This document shows positions 57,193 through 64,000 of a stretch of 64,000 nt of DNA, piece by piece. The notes under the pieces are model-generated. The model saw nothing but the letters and a program-made list of their open reading frames with translations, searched no databases and had not been told where the DNA came from. The DNA lies in NCBI GenBank assembly GCA_045614145.1, contig JAZLCH010000007.1:5806-69805 (forward strand), read 5' to 3'. Both the position numbers and the translations under genes were made by a program. Each line of letters starts with the position of its first letter. Position 1 is the first letter of the stretch. This stretch comes from Candidatus Enterousia sp. (GTDB lineage Bacteria; Pseudomonadota; Alphaproteobacteria; Rs-D84).

Positions 57193-57210
57193 TGCGGAAC
57201 CTTGTGCATG

Positions 57211-57435
57211 TTATTTCTTGTCGTCCAGGTTGGCCAGTGAATATAAAACAGATGATATTAATGACTGGTACGGGACGTGTTGGGTTTCGGCCAGCTCTTT
57301 TATCTTGTCCAGAATAGGGCGCGGAATTCGCATGTTGATAACGCAATCGGATTTATTAAAAGCCTTGTACGCGGCATATTCGCGCAGCAAGGATTCCATA
57401 TTCATTACAAATAATTGTTGCATTACGTTTGGCAT
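57211..57435 (-). CDS. Ribbon-helix-helix protein, BrnA-like antitoxin/regulator family (about 74 aa from the Met at 57435)
   Basis: VINMRIPRPILDKIKELAETQHVPYQSLISSVL matches the BrnA/CopG RHH pattern (...YQSLI...). RBS GGAGGTG 7 nt upstream of the internal Met. Confidence 0.55.
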   Translation of the reverse strand: MPNVMQQLFVMNMESLLREYAAYKAFNKSDCVINMRIPRPILDKIKELAETQHVPYQSLISSVLYSLANLDDKK

Positions 57436-57480
57436 ATACGCACCTCCATACATACCACAATACAGCGGTAATTACAACGA

Positions 57481-57508
57481 ACTATACCATTGTAAATACA
57501 TTTGTCAA
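57481..57508 (-). promoter_or_regulatory. Sigma70-like promoter for the RHH gene, with an adjacent inverted-repeat candidate operator
   Basis: On the minus strand: TTGACA, a 16-nt spacer, then TATAGT. Inverted repeat CAAATA-N11-TATTTG at about 57506-57535. Confidence 0.5.
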
Positions 57509-57654
57509 TACAAATATAAATACGTCTGTATTTGCAGTTGTGATGGCGGTTGTGTTGTAGGGTGTGTGGGCGTGCGTTGAGTGCGCTTTTGGTTTGATTT
57601 TTGTAATTTGTGTGTTTAAAATTGTTGTGTATTAAGCAAGGAAAGGATTTTTAG

Positions 57655-58974
57655 ATGTTTAAACGTGTCTTGGCTGCAATTGTGGCTGTGTTCGTTGTTT
57701 TGGGTGATGTGCGCGCTGAATTAAAGGTTGATATTATTGCCGGCGCGGCCGAGCCGATTTCAATCGCGGTTCAGAAGTTTGAGGTGTCGGGGGATGTTCC
57801 GATCAAGGTTGCGTCAATGATGCGTGGGGTGGTCGAAAATGATTTAAAAAGTACGGGGTTGTTTCGTATCGTGAATCATAATGCGTTCCCTGAATATGTC
57901 AAGATGCATGCAATGCCGACCTTTAATTCGTGGGCGGCAATTAAAACCCAGGTATTGGTTCAGGCACAACTGACGGCGGAATCTGATAATCGGTATAAAT
58001 TGGATTTCTTTGTATGGGATGTTAACGGGCGTGAACAGATAGAGGCGCAATCCCTGGTCGCAACGCGCAAGACGGCGCGTCGCCTGGCGCATATAATGGC
58101 GGATGCGATTTATGAACGTCTGACCGGCGAGATTGGATATTTTGATACTCAGATTGTATTCATCGCTGAAACAGGCGACGTGTCAAAACGTGAAAAACGT
58201 CTGGCGATTATGGATCAAGACGGGGCAGGAGTGCGATATTTATCGGATTCGGGGGTGATGGTTATGTCGCCACACTTTTCGCCAAATATGCAGTCGATTG
58301 TTTTCTTGTCTTATTATAATGATGACCCAATGGTGTGGAGTTTGGATTTGGACACTGGGGAACAACGGCGCCTGGGGCAGTTTGGCGGAATGAACTTTGC
58401 GCCACGTTTTTCGCCTGATGGGTCGCGTGTGGCGATATCGTTGGTGAAAAATGGTATTACGCATATTTATGAATTTAATCTGGAAACAAATGAATTGCGC
58501 CAATTGACGTTTGGTAATTCGATTAATACCAGTCCGTCTTATTCCCCAGATGGTAAAAAGATGGCATTTAATTCAGACCGTTCAGGGCGGCAACAGATTC
58601 ATATCTTGGACCTGGATACAGGCGAGGTTGAACGTATAACGTATGGTTCAGGGCGTTATGCAACGCCGGCATGGTCGCCAGATGGGCAATTTATTGCCTT
58701 TACAAAAATTGCGGATGATACATTTTATGTTGGTATTATGGATCCGCGGGGGCGTAATGAAAAGATTTTGGCAGGTGGATGGTTTATGGAGGCGCCATCC
58801 TGGGCGCCGGGATCGCGTCGCATTGTTTACTATGAAACGGAAAAGCATTTAGATGGCATTGACCGCATCAGCCATATTCGCAGTGTAGATATTACAGGAC
58901 AGAATTTCTATGATATCGAATTGCCTGATGGCGTAAACGGGACCGAGCCAACATGGTCGCCAAAGTTGCCATGA
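57655..58974 (+). CDS. tolB: Tol-Pal system periplasmic protein TolB
   Basis: N-terminal domain followed by beta-propeller repeats (WSPDG...). 439 aa. Confidence 0.85.
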   Translation: MFKRVLAAIVAVFVVLGDVRAELKVDIIAGAAEPISIAVQKFEVSGDVPIKVASMMRGVVENDLKSTGLFRIVNHNAFPEYVKMHAMPTFNSWAAIKTQVLVQAQLTAESDNRYKLDFFVWDVNGREQIEAQSLVATRKTARRLAHIMADAIYERLTGEIGYFDTQIVFIAETGDVSKREKRLAIMDQDGAGVRYLSDSGVMVMSPHFSPNMQSIVFLSYYNDDPMVWSLDLDTGEQRRLGQFGGMNFAPRFSPDGSRVAISLVKNGITHIYEFNLETNELRQLTFGNSINTSPSYSPDGKKMAFNSDRSGRQQIHILDLDTGEVERITYGSGRYATPAWSPDGQFIAFTKIADDTFYVGIMDPRGRNEKILAGGWFMEAPSWAPGSRRIVYYETEKHLDGIDRISHIRSVDITGQNFYDIELPDGVNGTEPTWSPKLP

Positions 58975-59385
58975 ATGAAACGTCTGGTGGTTGCGATTTT
59001 CGGGGTGTTTGTGTGTTGGGCATCTTGTGCGGTGCCGGCGGTGGTGGACTATGTGCTGGATGGTGATACGGTTGCAGCGCGTGTTGGTGTTGCCGATGGG
59101 GTTGATATAACCGTGCGCGTTCGTCTGATAAACGTTGACACGCCCGAAATAAATGGTAAATGTGCATCTGAATCAAAGATGGCGCGCAGTGCGCGTGGGC
59201 GACTGGAAAAATTGTTGCCGCGCGGTGCGAAAATCGAACTGCGAAATATCAAAGACGATAAATATCTGGGGCGGATTGATGCAAATGTGTTTCTGCCAGA
59301 TGGGCGTGATGTTGGTGATGTGTTGGTTCGTGAAAATTTAGCGCGGCCGTATAATGGCGGGAAAAGAAAATCGTGGTGTAAATAA
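58975..59385 (+). CDS. Secreted staphylococcal-nuclease-like (thermonuclease/SNase fold) protein
   Basis: DGDTV...VRLINVDTPE...KYLGRID...VLVRENLARPY matches the SNase catalytic core. Signal peptide. It follows tolB, where pal is normally found. Confidence 0.65.
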   Translation: MKRLVVAIFGVFVCWASCAVPAVVDYVLDGDTVAARVGVADGVDITVRVRLINVDTPEINGKCASESKMARSARGRLEKLLPRGAKIELRNIKDDKYLGRIDANVFLPDGRDVGDVLVRENLARPYNGGKRKSWCK

Positions 59386-59413
59386 AAATCCCCACAGATG
59401 TGGGGATTTTTTA
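59386..59413. terminator. Bidirectional terminator
   Basis: ATCCCCACAGATGTGGGGAT hairpin followed by T6. Confidence 0.7.
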
Positions 59414-60118
59414 TGCACTGTGGCGATTAATGGCCGCGCCAATTTCGTCCAGTGATGCCTTGCTGGGCAAGATTGGTTCAAATGTTACAGTTGCGGTTCC
59501 AGGGGTTACGCGACCATGTTTTGGCCAATATAATCCTGCGTCGGTGCCAACAGGTAGAATTGGCAGCTTTAGCTGACGTGCCAGGAATAACAGACCGCCT
59601 TTTAATGGAACGGGCTGGCCGGGTTTGGCGCGGGTGCCTTCGGGGAATATTACCAGTATGCGGCCGTCTAATATTTCTTTTTCGACCTGGTGTGATAGTT
59701 TTGACAGGTTTGTGCGACCGGCTGCACGGTTTACACCAATCATGCCCATGCGCCAAAATGCCCATCCATAAATAGGTATCCATAATAATTCACGCTTTAG
59801 AATAAAGAATGTGTTGCGTGCCACCTTGGATATGACGGCGATTTCAAGGATAGACATGTGCTTTGCGGCGATTATAACTTTGCCGTCCAGACGATGATTC
59901 TCGTTCGGGATCATTGGGATACCGTTTTCTTCGGTTTTCGGGAATACTACGCGATACTTTATGCCGGCAAATATGCGGGCAACGGTTAATACGCCGTATG
60001 CGCAACGAAATACCAGCCAGCCACATAATTTCTTGTTAATCAGGCCGATTAATAATATGGGACTCCATAAAACAAAGTGGGTCGCCAGTGCAATTTTAAA
60101 TATGATTGTTCTGAGCAT
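59411..60118 (-). CDS. plsC: 1-acyl-sn-glycerol-3-phosphate acyltransferase (LPLAT family)
   Basis: Acyltransferase blocks AAKHMSILE and FPEGTR. N-terminal TM. 235 aa. Confidence 0.7.
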   Translation of the reverse strand: MLRTIIFKIALATHFVLWSPILLIGLINKKLCGWLVFRCAYGVLTVARIFAGIKYRVVFPKTEENGIPMIPNENHRLDGKVIIAAKHMSILEIAVISKVARNTFFILKRELLWIPIYGWAFWRMGMIGVNRAAGRTNLSKLSHQVEKEILDGRILVIFPEGTRAKPGQPVPLKGGLLFLARQLKLPILPVGTDAGLYWPKHGRVTPGTATVTFEPILPSKASLDEIGAAINRHSA

Positions 60119-60133
60119 TTGTGTTTCCTTTTT

Positions 60134-60649
60134 TTAGCTTTCTTTGATTCCAAACATGGTGACGATATATTTTATATATTCTGTGGCCCATCTTTCAAGT
60201 CTTTTTGAGGGCGGCATACTGGTTAAAATTGCAGGACAGGCGATTATTTCAGCTGTTGGTAATTCGGACTGTATCAAATGTTTCGCGCGTGGCATGTGAT
60301 CTTCGGTCGTGATAATTACCAGTCGTTTCAAATCGCGGGTTTCTGCAATTTCACGAATTGCCAGTGCGTTTTGGTATGTGGATTTTGACTTTGATTCAAT
60401 GATTGCGGGGCGGGTAACGTCTAGTTTGCTTGGGGTGCCGGCGCCGATTATGTACAGGTCTGCGTTCGGAAATTCATGCATTTTTTGAATGGCAAACGGA
60501 ATGCGGCGTTCGTCGCCGGTCAGGACGAATATGCTGTCGTTTGGAAGAATGGTGCCGCATTGAATTGGTGCGGTGGATTTAAAAATCATGCCGCCCAAGA
60601 TGAATAAACTGAATATTAAAAAAGATGGTGTTAGTAAACGTCTGGGCAT
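60134..60649 (-). CDS. DUF218 (YdcF/ElyC/SanA-like) domain protein
   Basis: N-terminal TM helix plus a DUF218-like Rossmann core (IFVLTGDERRI...LYIIGAGTP). 171 aa. Confidence 0.5.
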   Translation of the reverse strand: MPRRLLTPSFLIFSLFILGGMIFKSTAPIQCGTILPNDSIFVLTGDERRIPFAIQKMHEFPNADLYIIGAGTPSKLDVTRPAIIESKSKSTYQNALAIREIAETRDLKRLVIITTEDHMPRAKHLIQSELPTAEIIACPAILTSMPPSKRLERWATEYIKYIVTMFGIKES

Positions 60650-60652
60650 TTA

Positions 60653-61504
60653 TTAGCTGTTCTTTAATAAATTTATTGTGGTGTGGCGGGTGACGGTTAT
60701 TGCAAACAGGATTATTGCAATCGGCAGCATGGCCAGTGTTGCCCAGCCCGCGCCAGATAAATTGATTGTTGCCATCAGACCAACGCGCGCACGATGGGCC
60801 GCAGATATTATTAATAACAGTATTGGGCAGGCGGCCAGAAATCCGATGCTAGTTGCAATTATTGAAATCTTGGCAACAATTATTTGCATTTGCTGAGCGA
60901 CAAAATTGTCCGATGCGCCAATTTGATTCAATATTTCCAGTTCGCGACGGTGCAACATTGCGGTGTTGCGGGCAATGTATGATATGCATATGCCGATTGC
61001 GCCCAAAATTAATACAAGTATTAATCCAGACATTAATATCATGTACATGCCGGCGGTTGTTGATGACCGCAACGCCGATGCGTGTGGCAGAAAACGCGCG
61101 TGTTTAGAAATCTGTTCGGAAAAGCCAGCCATTGCGTCAGGTGATTTGAATTTTATTTCCCACATTTGCGGCAAATAGTTTTTTAGTACATTCGTGCTGC
61201 CGGTTATCCATGGGGACATCAGGTCTTGCATTTCAGCGGTGCTGATTTGGGTGACGGATTCTATTTTGTCTGAATTTGAATCAATTATTTTTTTTGCAGA
61301 TTCTGATTTTGTTGTGTCAATAACCTGGACCGTGGCGAACAGTTCCCATTGGCTGTTCCAACGGATGACGCCTGTCCCGATGGCCAAGGCAACCCCCAAT
61401 GCCAGAACAGATAAAAATGTCAGCAGTGACATTATTGTCGTCATAAACATGGATTGTTCGCGTACCAGTGAAAATACAGTCGATTTTGTAGTTCTTTTTA
61501 TCAT
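60653..61504 (-). CDS. ftsX: Cell division ABC transporter permease FtsX
   Basis: 4-TM FtsX topology with a large periplasmic loop. It lies immediately downstream of ftsE. Confidence 0.75.
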   Translation of the reverse strand: MIKRTTKSTVFSLVREQSMFMTTIMSLLTFLSVLALGVALAIGTGVIRWNSQWELFATVQVIDTTKSESAKKIIDSNSDKIESVTQISTAEMQDLMSPWITGSTNVLKNYLPQMWEIKFKSPDAMAGFSEQISKHARFLPHASALRSSTTAGMYMILMSGLILVLILGAIGICISYIARNTAMLHRRELEILNQIGASDNFVAQQMQIIVAKISIIATSIGFLAACPILLLIISAAHRARVGLMATINLSGAGWATLAMLPIAIILFAITVTRHTTINLLKNS

Positions 61505-61506
61505 TT

Positions 61507-62295
61507 CTATGCGTTCCCGATGTCGTCAAATTGCTTTGATAATTCGTTAAAATAATTTTGTGGTTTAGGGCCGCGCCAAACTTTCTTGGATTCAGGTTCT
61601 GACTTGGTTGGGGTGGGCTTGCCAGAAAAGCTAACGCGATGATTTTCAACACGTATAACAGGAAACTTGTACGTTTCCATTAATTTCTTGCTGTGTGTCG
61701 CCAGTATAATGGTTGTGCCAAATAATTTGTTCATCTGAATGAATAATTCCATCAGGCGTGATGCGTTTTCGTCATCCAAATTCCCGGTTGGTTCATCAGC
61801 CAATAATATCGATGGCTGGACAATAATCGCGCGCGCAACAGAAACACGTTGCTGTTGACCACCAGATAATGTTTTGGGGTTCGCGTCAGCGTATTTGCCC
61901 AAGCCGACCCAGTCTAAGACCTTGGCCACCAGTTTTTTTATCTTAGCCTCAGATACATGGCGAACGCGCAGGGGCAGGGCGACGTTATCAAATACAGACA
62001 TGTGTGATAACAGTGAATATTCCTGGAATACAATTGCCATTTTTTGGCGCAGCTTGGCAATTTCGTCGCGTGTCATATCATTTGTAATATGGCCAAATAA
62101 TTTTATCTGGCCGCGTGACGGTTTGTGCAGTTGATATATTAATCGCAGCAGTGTTGTTTTGCCAGCGCCAGATGCGCCAGATAAAAAGTAAAAGCCGCCA
62201 TTGCCGATGTTGAATGATACGTCGGTTATTATTTCGGGCGAGTCGTCATAGCGTGTCGCCACATTTGCAAAGGATATTGCTGTCTTTTCTTCCAT
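61507..62295 (-). CDS. ftsE: Cell division ABC transporter ATP-binding protein FtsE
   Basis: Walker A GASGAGKTT, the signature LSGGQQQR, Walker B LLADEPTGNLD. Confidence 0.85.
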   Translation of the reverse strand: MEEKTAISFANVATRYDDSPEIITDVSFNIGNGGFYFLSGASGAGKTTLLRLIYQLHKPSRGQIKLFGHITNDMTRDEIAKLRQKMAIVFQEYSLLSHMSVFDNVALPLRVRHVSEAKIKKLVAKVLDWVGLGKYADANPKTLSGGQQQRVSVARAIIVQPSILLADEPTGNLDDENASRLMELFIQMNKLFGTTIILATHSKKLMETYKFPVIRVENHRVSFSGKPTPTKSEPESKKVWRGPKPQNYFNELSKQFDDIGNA

Positions 62296-62400
62296 GACTT
62301 GAATATAGAAAAAAATTTATTTGCGGTCAATATTTGTTTTTTGTTTGGTTGGATTGCTTTTTTGTGATATACTTAGGTAAAAAAGGAAAAGGAGTTTTTT

Positions 62401-63066
62401 ATGAAAAAAATTATGTCTGTTGCAGTGTTGGCTGCTTTGATTGTTCCGGGTGTTGCAAGTGCAGCAAGTGTCGCAGCGCAGCCTGATGTGTCATCGGTGA
62501 ATCCATGGTATGGCGCAATTCGTGGAGAGATGAGTCTGTTGAATTGGAAAAATAAATATTCGTCTGATGTTGTGGATTTGGACGGTAGGTCAGAAAGTTT
62601 TTCATTTGAACCGGTTTTTGGTGGATCTTTGGCTGTTGGATATGTGGCAAATGCCGACTGGCGTGGCGAAGTTGAAGCGGGCATAATTGGTCAGTTTACA
62701 GACAGCGGTTATGATGCGGATTTTAAAATGACGATACCGTATCTGTCGGTAAATGTAATGCATGATTTTGCAAATAATGTATATGTTGGCGGTGGCTTAG
62801 GGATTGCGATTCCAAAGGCTGAATTAAGTTGGAGTACGTTTGAGGCGGATGAGCGTGCGGTTACTCCAAAATTTGATTTGATGGCGGGTTTTTCGCATGG
62901 GTTGACAGAACGTTTGAATTTAGATTTTCGTTATCGCTTGTCGTTTATGTTTGGCCCAGATGTTAAGGCCGAGGGTATTTCTTATACGGGTGAACACTGG
63001 CTGAAAACTGATGTTGAATTGATTTTGAATAATTCGTTTTCTGTTGGGCTGAGATACGATTTTTAA
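62401..63066 (+). CDS. Outer-membrane beta-barrel protein (OmpA-like/Omp25 family), 221 aa
   Basis: Signal peptide, C-terminal ...SVGLRYDF, RBS AAAAGGAAAAGGAG. Confidence 0.65.
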   Translation: MKKIMSVAVLAALIVPGVASAASVAAQPDVSSVNPWYGAIRGEMSLLNWKNKYSSDVVDLDGRSESFSFEPVFGGSLAVGYVANADWRGEVEAGIIGQFTDSGYDADFKMTIPYLSVNVMHDFANNVYVGGGLGIAIPKAELSWSTFEADERAVTPKFDLMAGFSHGLTERLNLDFRYRLSFMFGPDVKAEGISYTGEHWLKTDVELILNNSFSVGLRYDF

Positions 63067-63146
63067 AATGTCAGTTTGTGTAAAAAGAGGGTTGACCCCG
63101 ATTCGCAAATTGTGATAGAATTAAGAACAAGTAGAGAGAATATAAC

Positions 63147-64000
63147 ATGAAAAATAAAATGAAATTTTCAACATTGTCAATTGTTTGTGTGTTGGGTGCG
63201 GCTGCTGTTGTGCCAGCTTTTTCTGCGTCGTCTGTGCGTTCGTTGGGTGGTGCGGGTACCTTTTCTGGTGCATCAAGTGCCGCGGCGGCAAAGTCTGACG
63301 GGGACGCGGGCAGTGGTGCGATTAATTCTGTGCGTGCGGGGTCTATGCGTCTAAATAATGTTGCGGGTGCGACATCGGGGGCGACGCGTTCTGGGTCAAC
63401 GCGTGCAGCAACAACGCCACGTTTGTCAATTGGTAAGTATTTGTCTGGTTCTAGTGCGATTAGTGGTGGGTCTTCGGTTTCTGGGTCGCATGCGGGCAAG
63501 CCAGGGGGTGGCGCCGGTGCGCCGTCGGGTGATGTGAAATATTTGGAAGAATTTGTTGGCTATACGGTTAATGGCGATACGGTGCCGGAACAGTTGACGG
63601 AAATTAAGTTGGATGTAGAAAGTTTGAGAGCGGATGTGGAATCTGTTACGGGTTTTGTCTCTGATGTAACATTTGATGAAACAGCGGGGGTTTTGACGGT
63701 TACGGTTGAAGGTGAGGGGGCGGTTGAATATCCTTTGGCTAATTATTTTGATGGCGAGCTGAAAAGTGTTAATGATAAGGTTGAAGCTTTGCAGGCTATA
63801 CTGGATGATGTTGTAGACCAGGATGGTAAGTTGTCTGACTATTATACTAAGTCGGAGACGGATGCTATGTTAAGTGAGTATGCCAAAAAAGGCGAAATGT
63901 CAGAGGTTAGCGCAGCTATGTTGGATTTGGGTGCGGCAGGTGACCAGGCGGTTGAAGAAGGCGGTGGTTTGTTGATGTTGCAAACGAATCCGGATGGCTC
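63147..64000 (+). CDS. Secreted/surface protein with a Ser/Gly/Ala-rich N-terminal region (partial; runs off the window end)
   Basis: Open frame from the ATG at 63147 to the window end, with the signal peptide MKNKMKFSTLSIVCVLGAAAVVPAFSA. Not in the ORF table because it has no stop. Confidence 0.55.
   Translation, partial: MKNKMKFSTLSIVCVLGAAAVVPAFSASSVRSLGGAGTFSGASSAAAAKSDGDAGSGAINSVRAGSMRLNNVAGATSGATRSGSTRAATTPRLSIGKYLSGSSAISGGSSVSGSHAGKPGGGAGAPSGDVKYLEEFVGYTVNGDTVPEQLTEIKLDVESLRADVESVTGFVSDVTFDETAGVLTVTVEGEGAVEYPLANYFDGELKSVNDKVEALQAILDDVVDQDGKLSDYYTKSETDAMLSEYAKKGEMSEVSAAMLDLGAAGDQAVEEGGGLLMLQTNPDG

Noticed and set aside
57182-57580. 132-aa ORF on the + strand overlapping the RHH gene and its promoter
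   Set aside because: No RBS. It overlaps a minus-strand gene that has a clear promoter, RBS and family match. Cys/Tyr-rich junk translation.
63071-63499. 142-aa ORF on the - strand
   Set aside because: Overlaps, on the opposite strand, a + strand open frame with a signal peptide and RBS that continues beyond the window end. The + frame is the better gene.
1-64000. Search for CRISPR arrays, IS elements, transposases and prophage genes
   Set aside because: No direct-repeat/spacer arrays, transposase-like ORFs or phage structural genes were seen. The only repeats are the hairpin family and the gatA duplication reported above.

Overview
The window reads as an AT-rich alphaproteobacterial chromosome segment, probably from a Rickettsiales- or Holosporales-like intracellular bacterium; this is inferred from gene content and dnaA/dnaN being unlinked. 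It is densely packed with housekeeping genes and short intergenic regions that mostly end in hairpin-plus-T-run terminators. No transposase, phage genes, rRNA or CRISPR array were seen.

Recognisable genes (family-level calls; divergent members and start refinements are noted in the feature list):
- lolA-like, tatB, tatC and a LysM/M23 nlpD-like lipoprotein gene in one operon.
- tRNA-Lys (CUU) and tRNA-Phe (GAA).
- miaB, gatB, gatA and gatC, with the gatCAB locus disrupted (see below).
- ruvX, sufB, sufC, rpsT, plsY, dprA.
- A divergent dnaA, parE, dnaJ, pgsA, a compact uvrC, a type IV pilin, rluC/D and an asmA-like gene.
- dnaN, tsf, rpsB, typA, serS, trxB, fba, ppa, efp.
- tolB, a SNase-like nuclease, plsC, a DUF218 gene, ftsX and ftsE.
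- Many outer-membrane beta-barrel and secreted proteins, including an autotransporter.

Observations most worth a second look:
1. The gatC-gatA junction carries an inserted two-gene cassette: a Cys4 zinc-ribbon protein and a stand-alone protein resembling the RNA polymerase alpha C-terminal domain. It is flanked by a ~104-118 bp direct duplication of the gatA RBS plus codons 1-35, which leaves a 36-aa GatA stub translationally coupled to the inserted gene.
2. A previously unrecognised repeat family: long hairpins with a conserved ~22-nt apical sequence (YATGTAGCGTNTGTACACTRCG), co-varying stems and conserved tails. Copies sit immediately 3' of dnaN, trxB (two tandem units) and efp.
3. An isolated type IVb-pilus-like outer-membrane module: a TcpQ/BfpG-like protein plus a BfpB/TcpC/PilN-family lipoprotein secretin, followed by two beta-barrel outer membrane proteins. 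The type IV pilin and a VirB2/TrbC-like pilin are encoded elsewhere in the window.
4. Several secreted Cys-rich proteins of unknown function, one of 756 aa with an EGF-like C-terminus; an orphan BrnA-like ribbon-helix-helix gene with a clear promoter and operator upstream of an unknown 310-aa protein; and a 21-nt poly-T tract.
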